Below, one piece after another: positions 38,543-48,279 of a stretch of 64,000 nt of DNA. The notes below the pieces were generated by a model. It worked only from the letters and a program-made list of their open reading frames with translations, was not told the DNA's origin and made no database searches. The position numbers and the translations under genes were made by a program. Every line of letters begins with the position of its first letter. Within the stretch, counting starts at the first letter, position 1. Location: positions 1-64,000 of the forward strand of contig JBBCAX010000168.1 in NCBI GenBank assembly GCA_051382335.1, in the 5' to 3' direction. Source of the stretch: Deltaproteobacteria bacterium TL4. Its GTDB lineage: Bacteria; SAR324; NAC60-12.

Positions 38543-39142
38543 ATGAGACAAATCAGGAAAATGTTTACAGGGTTCATGGCAGGGATGATATTCTTCTGTG
38601 GAAGCGGTATCGCTCTTGCCTCAACTTATAAGCTTGACGCAATACACAGCTCCGTTGGTTTTGGCGTACGACATTTGATGATTTCAAATGTGAATGGACG
38701 CTTCAACAAGTTTGAAGGGACCCTTGAAATTGATGAAGCAAAAAAAGAATTAATAAGTGTTGAAGCACAGATTGCTGTTGATTCCATTAATACAGAAGAT
38801 GTGAAACGAGATGAACATTTAAAGAGCGCTGATTTTTTTGACGCGACAAAATATCCAACCATCACCTTTAAAAGTACTGATATCAAAAGAACTGGAAATA
38901 ATTATGAGGTCACAGGAAATTTAACACTGCATGGTGTGACCAAAAAAATTGTCTTGAAGGGACAGATGATAGGACTTATTGATGCTGGTATGTTCGGAGG
39001 AAAGAAAGCTGGATTTTCGGCGACAACCACGATCAACAGGGAAGACTTTGGTTTAAGTTGGAGTAAAAACATGGATTCCGGAGGACTCGTTATTGGAAAT
39101 AGTGTTGAAATCAAATTAGAGATTGAAGCGAATGCGTCTTAA
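38543..39142 (+). CDS. YceI family polyisoprenoid-binding periplasmic protein
   Basis: Signal peptide, HSSVGF.VRHL, G.F, SINT...RDEHL..DFFD, GNLTLHGVTK, INREDFG. Confidence 0.92.
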   Translation: MRQIRKMFTGFMAGMIFFCGSGIALASTYKLDAIHSSVGFGVRHLMISNVNGRFNKFEGTLEIDEAKKELISVEAQIAVDSINTEDVKRDEHLKSADFFDATKYPTITFKSTDIKRTGNNYEVTGNLTLHGVTKKIVLKGQMIGLIDAGMFGGKKAGFSATTTINREDFGLSWSKNMDSGGLVIGNSVEIKLEIEANAS

Positions 39143-39339
39143 TCCAATCAAATAAAAAATCTTCAACTGCTGCCTCCAGGCTTTTGCGTCTTTAAAAGAA
39201 TCCTCAGCCTGGATTTTCCCCTATTTGCTATCCCGTTTTTCCCCTTTCTGAAGAATAAAGCACTTGCCAATGAATTCATGGATGCGCTATTTAGCAGAAT
39301 AGGAAGTCTTATTCTCTATTCTCATTTAATAAGGAGTCT

Positions 39340-40116
39340 ATGCGAGTTTTCTTGATTGTTGTGTGCTGTTTACTCTTTTCCGTTGCTAGTAGCTACGCCC
39401 AACCTGTTATTAATTTTGACTACAAACCTGAAGATCTGGTTAAAATTCCTTCTCCGGTTGAAGTGATTACGCAGGGGAAAAAATTAAATATTCTGACCGA
39501 TATCCGAGAAACACAGGAGGTCCTTAAATACGCTTATAAACGTGCAGAACCTGAGAGGAATGCCGTTTATCTTGGAAGGACATTAGCTATCTTATTACTG
39601 GCTCTTGATAATTTTGATCATCAAACCTTGAGTCAATATTTATTCAAAATTAAAGAGGCCTTGATTGCCTTGGACATTCCGAGGCAATACGTAGACCGTC
39701 TGGAGATTGCCCGGGTACAAATTGCGTCGAAGCGATGGACGCGAGACAAGATCATTCGACAGATCGATTTGGTCTATGCCGAACTGGTCAATACGGTTTC
39801 TCCTCAGCAATCAAAAAACCATATTTATCGAATTATTCAAGGCAGTGCTTGGATGCAGGGGCAAAACTTACTTGCACAGGCCATCAAGAAAAGAAAACAA
39901 TACGATTCCGCAAAGGTGTTACTCTATCAGCCGATAGTCGCGGATTTGGTTGTTAAGTACCTGAAGGAGGCCAAAGCGACGGGAGGTTCTTCCACTATTA
40001 TTGATGGACTTTTAGTTTCAATGCAGAAGTATCAGGATGCGGTGAAAGCACCGAAGATTGGTCCGACGGAACTCGAGATCATCATCAATGAAACAGAAAA
40101 GTTTTTGGTGTTATAA
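39340..40116 (+). CDS. Hypothetical secreted helical protein
   Basis: SD AAGGAG, signal peptide ending SYA, 258-aa ORF, no family motif recognised. Confidence 0.75.
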   Translation: MRVFLIVVCCLLFSVASSYAQPVINFDYKPEDLVKIPSPVEVITQGKKLNILTDIRETQEVLKYAYKRAEPERNAVYLGRTLAILLLALDNFDHQTLSQYLFKIKEALIALDIPRQYVDRLEIARVQIASKRWTRDKIIRQIDLVYAELVNTVSPQQSKNHIYRIIQGSAWMQGQNLLAQAIKKRKQYDSAKVLLYQPIVADLVVKYLKEAKATGGSSTIIDGLLVSMQKYQDAVKAPKIGPTELEIIINETEKFLVL

Positions 40117-40201
40117 GGGACTTCTCTTCGCTGTAGGAAAAAACAACCGAAAGCATGACCTGAAAATTATCGTCAAGATGCTCATTATAAAAGGAAAAAT
40201 C

Positions 40202-40633
40202 ATGATTAACTCGTATAAAAGCTGGTGGGTATGTTGTCTTTTTACTGTGATGATGACTCAGATGACGTTGGCAGCAACACCGACAAACTATGAATACTGT
40301 AGCGCGTATGCGGATGCCTTTTTTGGAAATCGTAATTATCGTTTATCTTCAACAGATTCAGGCTCTTTAACGAAAAAATATGATTATAAATATTTTCATT
40401 TGGTCTTATTGGAAAACGTGGAGTACGCGTTTTTAGCCTGTGGCGATGAAAGCTTTGAACAGTTGGAAATGCAAATATATGATAAAGATAAAACAATGTT
40501 GGTGGAATATGGAGAGCCTGTGAACAGTCCGATTCTTTCCTTTAAAGCAAAGTCTACAGGGATACACACCATTGTCATTCTGGCTAAACAAGGAACAGGA
40601 AATTTTGTCTTCCTCGGGATGCTTAAAGAATAA
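40202..40633 (+). CDS. Hypothetical secreted beta-sandwich (PPC-like) protein
   Basis: ATG 40202 after AAGGA, signal peptide, Y...ACGD....L...IYD...TG pattern. Confidence 0.65.
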   Translation: MINSYKSWWVCCLFTVMMTQMTLAATPTNYEYCSAYADAFFGNRNYRLSSTDSGSLTKKYDYKYFHLVLLENVEYAFLACGDESFEQLEMQIYDKDKTMLVEYGEPVNSPILSFKAKSTGIHTIVILAKQGTGNFVFLGMLKE

Positions 40634-40744
40634 CTATCAGGAATTTCAGTCGGTTTCGATACCCTGAAGGCCTATTTGCCAAGAAGATCCGCATGGATTG
40701 AAGCGTTGCTGAAAGAATCGGCACGGCGATTTCCCACAAAAACC

Positions 40745-41548
40745 TCATAAATGGTGATAAGCCTTTTGAAAAAGTAAAAGCCCCTCTCCTTCTTCACGAA
40801 GATAGGGCAGTCGGGTCCAATGGGGGTGATTGGTGTAATGATTAAAGGCTTCGGGGTGAGGCATTAAGCCCATAACATTTCCCTGAGCGTTGCACAAAGA
40901 CGCAATGCCCCAAGGCGAACCGTTGGGATTGCCAGGGTAAGATTCTGTCGGAGTTCCGTCAGGTGTGGCATATTGTAAAGGAACTCGCCCTTGCTCTAAT
41001 AAAGGTTTCAAAACGGTATCACGATCTCCTTCAATACGGCCCTCTCCGTGACGTATGGGGAGGTAGAGCTGTTCCGTGCCCTGAGTGAAAATACATGGGG
41101 ATTCTGAATTCACTTTTAAATGCACCCAACGATCTTCAAAGCGTCCGAGCGCGTTACTGGTCAAGGAGATTTCTTGTGTCCCTATCGTTGTGGTCAGCGC
41201 AGGAAGCACTCCCAATTTGACTAATACCTGAAAGCCATTGCAAATTCCTAACACGGGTTTTCCTGCCTCGACAAACTCAGCGAGATGTTCCTGAAGAGAG
41301 TGATCCTTGACATAACTGTACTTAAACCTGTTGGCTCCAACCCGTCCGGCTCCCAAGTCATCACCGTCAAGAAAACCTCCAATAAACACAAGAAATTGAT
41401 AATCCTGAAGTTGCACCTTCCCACCGGTCAATTGTGAGGTATGGATGATTTCTACCTGCCCCTGTCCTGCCTGTTCACAAGCATAGGAGGTCTCACGTTC
41501 GCAATTGAGTCCGTATCCGGAAAGTATTAAAGTTCGGTGTGATTTCAT
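40745..41548 (-). CDS. purQ: Phosphoribosylformylglycinamidine synthase glutaminase subunit
   Basis: G.NCE.ET, GGF..GD, LGICNGFQ, HGEG, NPNGS, MPHPE. Confidence 0.95.
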   Translation of the reverse strand: MKSHRTLILSGYGLNCERETSYACEQAGQGQVEIIHTSQLTGGKVQLQDYQFLVFIGGFLDGDDLGAGRVGANRFKYSYVKDHSLQEHLAEFVEAGKPVLGICNGFQVLVKLGVLPALTTTIGTQEISLTSNALGRFEDRWVHLKVNSESPCIFTQGTEQLYLPIRHGEGRIEGDRDTVLKPLLEQGRVPLQYATPDGTPTESYPGNPNGSPWGIASLCNAQGNVMGLMPHPEAFNHYTNHPHWTRLPYLREEGEGLLLFQKAYHHL

Positions 41549-41558
41549 GGTTTCCGTG

Positions 41559-42041
41559 TTATTGTTCACAGTTCAGACGATAGGATTCGCTTTGGAGGGT
41601 GTGGGCTTTACCTTCAAAAACAGTGTCCGTAAAGATCGAGTCTTTAAGGTTGGCACCTTTCCAGAAGTTGAGTCGATGAAATTGCGCTCCCGAAAAATCG
41701 GCTTTGAGCAAACAACTATCGTCGAAGTCTGTAAAATAGATATATGATTTTTTAAAGTTTGCGCCATTCAGACGACTGTGTTTGAACGAGACATTCAGCA
41801 ATACCGCGTTTTCAAAATTCGCGTTGGTGAAGTCAAGATTGCTGAAGTCGACGTCCCTAAAATCTTTCCCGGAAAAATCTCGCCCTCTAAAATCACAATG
41901 ATCGAGGGTTAGCGTGCCATGCGGCTCCGGATTGTCACAATCGCCTTTGAGAGCCATACGACTGTACTCATTCAAGCCCAACGAAATAAGGAGGGTTGCG
42001 ATAAAAAAATAGATTTGCCAATTCAGATGGATGCGTTTCAT
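41559..42041 (-). CDS. Membrane-anchored or secreted pentapeptide repeat protein
   Basis: N-terminal hydrophobic helix, then xDFxx/ANFxx repeats. The ATG overlaps the purL stop (ATGA). Confidence 0.85.
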   Translation of the reverse strand: MKRIHLNWQIYFFIATLLISLGLNEYSRMALKGDCDNPEPHGTLTLDHCDFRGRDFSGKDFRDVDFSNLDFTNANFENAVLLNVSFKHSRLNGANFKKSYIYFTDFDDSCLLKADFSGAQFHRLNFWKGANLKDSIFTDTVFEGKAHTLQSESYRLNCEQ

Positions 42042-45025
42042 AGGTCTCTTAAAGTAAGTTGCCAATGGGTTTTTAGTTCTTCCAACGTATCTTGAATCAA
42101 AACGGAGACATCGGAACGAATCGTAAATTCAGGAGATTCACAAACTGTTCCTAAATAAAAACAGGCTTGGCCCTGAAACAAAGATTCAAAAACTTGCTGA
42201 TGTTCCGGTGCGATGGTTATGACAAAGCGACTGGGCGATTCTGAAAACAGGAGCTTATCGGGTCTAAGCTGAGTCTGCTGAAGTAAGGCTTCAAGATCAA
42301 GAGACATTCCGAAGCCACCGGCAAAAGCGGTTTCCGCCAAGGCAACGGCCAGGCCCCCATCAGAACAGTCATGGCAGGAACGAACCCATTGATGCTCCAC
42401 AGCAACACTTACGTTTTCATAACGTTGTTTGGCTGAAACGCCATCGACCACAGGTACGTTTTTTCCCAGGAGGCGCAAAAGCGCGTAATATTCAGAAGCA
42501 CCGAGTTCGTCTTTGGTCTCTCCGAGCAGATAGACCAAATCCCCTGGTGCTTTAGCGTCGCTGGTGACTACTTTTCGAACGTCTTCGATTTTTCCAACAG
42601 TCGTAAATAACACAGTTGGCGGAATCGCGATATGTAACTCACCATACCGATAGTCATTTTTCATACTATCTTTTCCGGAGATACAGGGGACACCATAAAG
42701 CGTTGTTAAATCATAGAGGGCTTTATTCGCTCGTACCAGTTGAGCCATTTTATAGTGCCCCTCAGGATTCAAAGGGGCCGCTACGGGATCACACCAGCAA
42801 AAATTATCCAAGCCGGCAATCTGTTTTAAACTTCCACCCACAGCAATGATATTTCGAACCGCTTCATCAATCGCACAGCACATCATGTGGTAAGCATCAA
42901 TGTCACTGTAACGGGGACAAATACCATTAGCAATGGCAATGCCTTCCATGGAGTCTAAAAGCGGACGAACTACCGCGGCATCACCTGGACCATCATGCTG
43001 TATTCCAACCAAAGGTTTGACAACGCTCCCTCCTTGTACCTCGTGATCATATTGCCTGATGACTGATTCCTTACTGCAAATATTCAAGCGCCTGAGCAGA
43101 GCTCTTAAGGTATTGGTCAAGTTTCCAGGTTGTTGAAATTTCGGCTCTTCGATTTGAGGAGGCTGCCACACTGCGGTTAATTGCATGGGAGGAAGTCCTT
43201 CGTGCAGAAAATGCATATCCAGGTAAGCGACCACTTGATCGTGGTAGGTAACTTTAAGAACGCCTGAATCGTTGAAGGTCCCCAGAGCTGTGGATTCAAC
43301 GCCCATTTGCTGAGATAACTTTAAAAACGCATCCACCTGTTCTGGTGGTACCGCCAGTGTCATCCGTTCTTGCGCTTCGGAAATAAAGATTTCCCAAGGT
43401 TGCAACCCCGGATATTTGAGGGGTGCTTTTTCTAATTGTAAATGGCAGCCGTTGGAGGATTGCGCCATTTCTCCGACGGAGGAGGAAAGCCCTCCGGCAC
43501 CATTATCGGTAAGACATCGATAAAGTTGACGGTTCCGAGCGATCAAGAGAAAATCAAACATGCGTTTTTGCGTGATAGGATCGCCAATTTGAACCGCGGT
43601 TGCCGGCGAATTTTCGTTGAGAGCTTCGGAAGAAAAGGTGGCTCCATGAATACCGTCCTTGCCGATGCGACCCCCGACCATCATAATCACATCTCCAGGA
43701 TCCGCTTTTTTGAGGTGTGTGGGGTGTCCTTTGATGGTTGCGGGCATGAGTCCTCCGGTGCCACAAAAAACCAAAGGCTTTCCTAAAAAACGCTCATCAA
43801 ACACGATAGCGCCATTTACGGTCGGAATTCCACTTTTATTTCCTCCGTGCTCGACACCTTGCCGAACTCCTTCAAAAATTCTACGAGGATGCATCAGTTT
43901 GGGGGGCAGCTCCCCTTCATGAAAGGGGGAAGCAAAGCAAAACACATCCGTATTGAAAATCAAGGCGGAACCCAAGCCCGTTCCGAAAGTGTCACGGTTG
44001 ACGCCCACAATCCCTGTTAACGCACCCCCATAAGGGTCTAAGGCTGAAGGAGAGTTGTGGGTTTCTACCTTCATCACAATATTCCACTGGGCATTAAACC
44101 GGATGACTCCCGCATTGTCAGAAAAAACCGAGATACACCAGTCGTGCTCGCCCAACGCTTTACGAATATCACCCGTCGATTTTTTGATATATGACTTGTA
44201 AAGAGAGTGGATGATTTCCGTAGTGCCTGTGGTTTGGTCTGTATATTCGATGGTGGCGTTAAAGATTTTATGTTTGCAGTGCTCCGACCAGGTTTGCGCC
44301 AAAACTTCCAGTTCGACATCGGTCAGGTTTTTGGAAACCCCCGCCTTTTCCCGAATTTGGCGAATTTCGGGCTGATTAAAATAGTCCACAATGATAAGGG
44401 CTTCTTCCCGGCTCAAGGCCAAGGTTCGTTTTCGGCTTAATTGCTGAAGTTCCTCAGCCGAATGAAACTCAAAGGTTTCGATCCGAATCGGGTCGGTAAG
44501 TTCAACTTCAGAAAGGAGCGTGAGTTGTGTTTTGCTGGACTCCCATTCCTCCTTAGAGAGGAAGACCGCCTTTTCAATCAACTCGTTCATTAAAAACTGA
44601 CGAGTCAATTGTCCTACCTCCTGACGAGAAAGCGTCCCCTGAAAAAAGTAACCTCTCAGCGCGTGAACAGGGTGCCTTTCCGGTAAAGGGCGTTTCAGCC
44701 ATAACTCAAAGGCTTCCTTGGCCGTTCGGCCCTCATTATCGGTAACCCCCGGACGGAATCCCACTTCAACATACCAGTCAAACGGAACATCATCTCCAAA
44801 AAATCTATTAACCCGAGTTTCATGGAGTATCGGATCCTGCAACACCTCCGTGGTGAGTTGTTCGACATCCCGGGTGTCCAGTGCGGAATCCATGAACATG
44901 AATACGGATAAGGTACGAACACTCTTGAGGTTAAATTCCCGGGTCAGTTCAAGCTGCCTCAATACTTTGGAACCATGAGGATCCGTCAAGGATGATTTAA
45001 TGATGAGTTCAATACGGTGCAGCAT
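42038..45025 (-). CDS. purL: Phosphoribosylformylglycinamidine synthase PurL with N-terminal PurS-like extension
   Basis: QTWSEHCKHKIF, KVETHNSPS, AVQIGDP, DNGAGG, SEAQERM, QYDHEV, ISGKDS, HDCSDGG. Confidence 0.95.
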   Translation of the reverse strand: MLHRIELIIKSSLTDPHGSKVLRQLELTREFNLKSVRTLSVFMFMDSALDTRDVEQLTTEVLQDPILHETRVNRFFGDDVPFDWYVEVGFRPGVTDNEGRTAKEAFELWLKRPLPERHPVHALRGYFFQGTLSRQEVGQLTRQFLMNELIEKAVFLSKEEWESSKTQLTLLSEVELTDPIRIETFEFHSAEELQQLSRKRTLALSREEALIIVDYFNQPEIRQIREKAGVSKNLTDVELEVLAQTWSEHCKHKIFNATIEYTDQTTGTTEIIHSLYKSYIKKSTGDIRKALGEHDWCISVFSDNAGVIRFNAQWNIVMKVETHNSPSALDPYGGALTGIVGVNRDTFGTGLGSALIFNTDVFCFASPFHEGELPPKLMHPRRIFEGVRQGVEHGGNKSGIPTVNGAIVFDERFLGKPLVFCGTGGLMPATIKGHPTHLKKADPGDVIMMVGGRIGKDGIHGATFSSEALNENSPATAVQIGDPITQKRMFDFLLIARNRQLYRCLTDNGAGGLSSSVGEMAQSSNGCHLQLEKAPLKYPGLQPWEIFISEAQERMTLAVPPEQVDAFLKLSQQMGVESTALGTFNDSGVLKVTYHDQVVAYLDMHFLHEGLPPMQLTAVWQPPQIEEPKFQQPGNLTNTLRALLRRLNICSKESVIRQYDHEVQGGSVVKPLVGIQHDGPGDAAVVRPLLDSMEGIAIANGICPRYSDIDAYHMMCCAIDEAVRNIIAVGGSLKQIAGLDNFCWCDPVAAPLNPEGHYKMAQLVRANKALYDLTTLYGVPCISGKDSMKNDYRYGELHIAIPPTVLFTTVGKIEDVRKVVTSDAKAPGDLVYLLGETKDELGASEYYALLRLLGKNVPVVDGVSAKQRYENVSVAVEHQWVRSCHDCSDGGLAVALAETAFAGGFGMSLDLEALLQQTQLRPDKLLFSESPSRFVITIAPEHQQVFESLFQGQACFYLGTVCESPEFTIRSDVSVLIQDTLEELKTHWQLTLRDL

Positions 45026-45031
45026 AGGACC

Positions 45032-45319
45032 TTAAATTTCATAATCAACAACCACAGAACTCGAACAGAGTTCTCTCATGGTTTGAATCACAGGAAGATG
45101 CTTAGGATGGTCTTGATAAGTGTTCAAGCCTTCGAGGTTATCAAAATGCGTGATGATCACAATGTCATAGGATCTTTCCGATTCTGTGAAATTTCGACCG
45201 ACTTCTATATCACGTAAGGTTTCAATGGCTCCCCTTAACCCCTGGAGGGCACTTACGGCTTTGTTCCAGTTTTCCGGAGCAGGCGTTTTTAATTTGAACA
45301 TCACAATATGCTTAATCAT
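45032..45319 (-). CDS. Dabb family stress-responsive A/B barrel protein
   Basis: MIKHIVMFK ... F.....L..YQ.HP.H ... VDY. Confidence 0.9.
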   Translation of the reverse strand: MIKHIVMFKLKTPAPENWNKAVSALQGLRGAIETLRDIEVGRNFTESERSYDIVIITHFDNLEGLNTYQDHPKHLPVIQTMRELCSSSVVVDYEI

Positions 45320-45341
45320 GAGGAGTCTGAGGTTAAAGTTA

Positions 45342-45803
45342 TCAGTTATTCGGAAGAATCGGCTTCCATGCAGGATGAACGTCTGGCGCTGTGGAAATGA
45401 GTTCCTCCGCGTCTTCTCGGGTCACGTAGGCCTCTGCTTCAATTTCAACCAGCATCTCAGGATTAAGCAGTCCCTTTACAGCCACAATCGTGGTGATGGG
45501 CCGAATCTTTCCGAAAACCTCTCGATGGGCTTTACTGACCTCTTTCCAATCCTCCAGGTTGAGGACATAAATCCGGGTACGAATCACATCTTTGAGCGAG
45601 GCACCCGCCAAATGCAAAGTGTGCTCAATATTTTTTAATACTTGCTGAGTTTGGACATAGGGGTCCCCAACTCCAACAATCCGTTCCACGACGTCAGTCG
45701 CTGTAGTTCCGCCAACCACCACAGTCCGCCCGATACGAACCGCCTGAGAAGAACCTGCGGCCGATTCCAAAGCCGTTGAATTCGAATAATTTCTTCGTTC
45801 CAT
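45342..45803 (-). CDS. RidA/YjgF family protein
   Basis: S.AVRIG...V.GTT, DVIRTRIYV, F..IRP..T, LVEIEAEA. Confidence 0.88.
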   Translation of the reverse strand: MERRNYSNSTALESAAGSSQAVRIGRTVVVGGTTATDVVERIVGVGDPYVQTQQVLKNIEHTLHLAGASLKDVIRTRIYVLNLEDWKEVSKAHREVFGKIRPITTIVAVKGLLNPEMLVEIEAEAYVTREDAEELISTAPDVHPAWKPILPNN

Positions 45804-45933
45804 CACGTAGCCCCTGGATTTAAATAACGAAGGTGGAAATCACATGCGCCTCTAATGTTTTCATCACGAGCGTTTAAGATACGATTTTAAAAGCAAAAGT
45901 CAAACGGCAACCGAGAAGGAAAATCGGGGTTGG

Positions 45934-46806
45934 TCATAATTTCAACACTCGTTTCAGTTCTTCGGCGATGGCTTGAAACGCTGTTTCGACTTGGTCATGA
46001 TACTCAAAAAGATCCAAATCTTTTTCAGAAATGGTGCCATATTCCACGAGTTTGTCCATACAGATTACATTTTTCCAAAATTCTGTGCCAAAGAGTATGA
46101 TTTTAAGAGGGTTGATTTTTCTGGTTTGAACGAGGGTCAGTGTTTCAAAGAGTTCATCCATACTTCCAAAGCCTCCTGGAAAAACGACGGCGACTTTCGC
46201 GCGCTTCAAAAAGTGATATTTTCGTGTGAAGAAATATTGGAAATTAAACTGCATTTCCTCTCCGATGTACGGATTGTGTTTTTGCTCTGCGGGAAGTTGG
46301 ATATTGAGCCCAATGGATTCTCCTCCCGCCTTGTGTGCGCCACGATTTCCAGCTTCCATGATGCCAGGACCACCTCCGGTACAAATGACGAACGGAGGCG
46401 CGGCTTTTTCTTTTTTGAGGCTCAAGGCCCAGCGAGTGAGCTTTTCGGCCAAATCCTGTGCCTGTTGGTAATAATCCGGGATTTTGGGTTTGGATTGGTG
46501 GTTGGGCGTACCGATTCGTGCGGAACCAAACCACAGGACCGTGTGATGGATTTTTTGTTGTTGTAATACGATTTCTGTATAAATGGTTTCGGATAATACT
46601 CGAAACCACAAGGCTTCACTGCTTGCTACAAAACGCTTATCTAACGCCGGAATAGGATGAGGCTCGACGGGTTTGTTGTCTCTCAACATTCTGGAGAGAT
46701 AGGACGGATAAAGAGAACAGGCCAGAGTTCTCAAGATTTCCCCATCCGGGCTGAGTAAAAACTGTTTGTTTGTAAAAGAGTAACTATCTTTGTATTCGAG
46801 GTCCAT
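45934..46806 (-). CDS. LOG family nucleotide phosphoribohydrolase
   Basis: FGSAR, TGGGPGIMEAGNRGA, YFFTRK, PGGFGSMDE. Confidence 0.9.
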   Translation of the reverse strand: MDLEYKDSYSFTNKQFLLSPDGEILRTLACSLYPSYLSRMLRDNKPVEPHPIPALDKRFVASSEALWFRVLSETIYTEIVLQQQKIHHTVLWFGSARIGTPNHQSKPKIPDYYQQAQDLAEKLTRWALSLKKEKAAPPFVICTGGGPGIMEAGNRGAHKAGGESIGLNIQLPAEQKHNPYIGEEMQFNFQYFFTRKYHFLKRAKVAVVFPGGFGSMDELFETLTLVQTRKINPLKIILFGTEFWKNVICMDKLVEYGTISEKDLDLFEYHDQVETAFQAIAEELKRVLKL

Positions 46807-46838
46807 TAATTGGTTTCCCTTAACCGATGGTGTTGGAG

Positions 46839-47291
46839 TTAAGACCGAGAGGCATAAACCGCTTCGAGTCCAACCATTTTCAATAATTCAATTTCGACTG
46901 AAAGCATTCGCTGTTCTTCTTCCTCTGAACGCTCATGATCATATCCCGCAAGATGAGCACAGCCATGTGCGAGTAAGCGGATCAGCTCTGTTTTTTCATC
47001 CCATTCATTTTGAGTTGCTTGGACTTTAACTCGGTCCGTAGAGATTGCCAACTCTCCCAATAGTTCCGATTCTGGATCTTCCTCCCAGTAAGACCAGGAA
47101 AGTATATCGGTAGAGCTGTCTAAATTTCGGTATTGTAAATTCAGCTTCCGCATGTCCTCATCTCTTGTCAAATGAAGATTGAGCCCCCGCTGTTCATGTC
47201 CCAAGTGCCGCAAAAACTCTCGTAAAATACGTTGTATCTTTTTTTCAGTTAACGGAAGAGAAAATCCCTCTTCCCATGAAATCTCTATCAT
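46839..47291 (-). CDS. ybeY: rRNA maturation endoribonuclease YbeY
   Basis: LN.QYR..D..TDILS, LGEL.IS, HG..HL.GYDH. Confidence 0.93.
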   Translation of the reverse strand: MIEISWEEGFSLPLTEKKIQRILREFLRHLGHEQRGLNLHLTRDEDMRKLNLQYRNLDSSTDILSWSYWEEDPESELLGELAISTDRVKVQATQNEWDEKTELIRLLAHGCAHLAGYDHERSEEEEQRMLSVEIELLKMVGLEAVYASRS

Positions 47292-48259
47292 GTTTTTAGC
47301 TCTTTATTTGCTGGCGTTCCATTTCGTTCAAAAACGCGTAGCCGAGCACTGCGGCTGCGTGGATTTTGTTGAATTTCCTGTTCTGTCGGTTGAAGGGGCT
47401 TACGTGTTATTACTTTTCCTAACGACTTTAGTCCACACACGCAATACGGAAGATGAGAAGGACACTGACAAGGATCCTGCCATAAGCGAAATTGTTGTTT
47501 GACGATCCGATCTTCCAGGGAATGGAAGGAGATGATGGCAAGACACCCCTGAGGCTTTAAATAGTGAATGACAAAATCCAAAAGTTGTTGCAACTCCTCA
47601 AGTTCGTGGTTGACGGCAATTCTTAGGGCTTGGAACGCTTGAGTCGCGGGGTGAAACCCTGGTTTGTGAAATTTCTTTGGAACCGCTGCGGCAATAAATT
47701 CCGCAAGTTGCTTCGTTGTCTTAAAGGGATGAGTCTGTCGGGCGTCCATTATTTTTTTTACAATTCTGGACGCAAATCGTTCTTCTCCAAATTTTCTCAA
47801 CAAGTTGACAAGTTCCTGTTCACTAGCGGTATTGACCAGCTCTTCCGCCGTCAACGTATCATGGTTAGGCGTCATGCGCATATCTAAAGGACCCTCTTCA
47901 AAAAAAGAAAATCCCCGATGCTTTTGGTCTATTTGCGCAGAAGAAAAGCCAAGATCCGCAAGCACGTAATCAAAGCGCGACTCAGGCGTCAAGATTTGGG
48001 CAAGTTGAGAAAATTTAGACTGCGTCAGCAGAATTCGTGAGGTAAATGCCGACAGGGTTTCTCGGGTTGCCAGAAGGGCCTCGGGGTCTCTGTCAATCCC
48101 CACGAGGCGTGATTCTGGGAAAAGCTGTAATAACAAGGCACTATGCCCCCCACCGCCCAGCGTACAATCTAAAATATGGGCGGTGTGAGCCGGAGCCGCG
48201 TTAAGTATTTCTTGGGGAAGTACCGAAATATGTTGGTAGGGGAGGGGAGTATATTCCAT
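47288..48259 (-). CDS. rsmH: 16S rRNA m4C1402 methyltransferase
   Basis: H.SVL, DCTLGGGGHS, DLGFSS.Q, GPLDMRM, FQALRIAVN.EL, SFHSLEDR, NPRSRSA.LR. Confidence 0.95.
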   Translation of the reverse strand: MEYTPLPYQHISVLPQEILNAAPAHTAHILDCTLGGGGHSALLLQLFPESRLVGIDRDPEALLATRETLSAFTSRILLTQSKFSQLAQILTPESRFDYVLADLGFSSAQIDQKHRGFSFFEEGPLDMRMTPNHDTLTAEELVNTASEQELVNLLRKFGEERFASRIVKKIMDARQTHPFKTTKQLAEFIAAAVPKKFHKPGFHPATQAFQALRIAVNHELEELQQLLDFVIHYLKPQGCLAIISFHSLEDRIVKQQFRLWQDPCQCPSHLPYCVCGLKSLGKVITRKPLQPTEQEIQQNPRSRSARLRVFERNGTPANKELKT

Positions 48260-48279
48260 GGTTCGATATCGGCTCTGTA

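Noticed and set aside
39175..39217. Intrinsic terminator after the YceI gene
   Set aside because: The 8-bp stem has a 23-nt loop and only a short T run; too weak to call.
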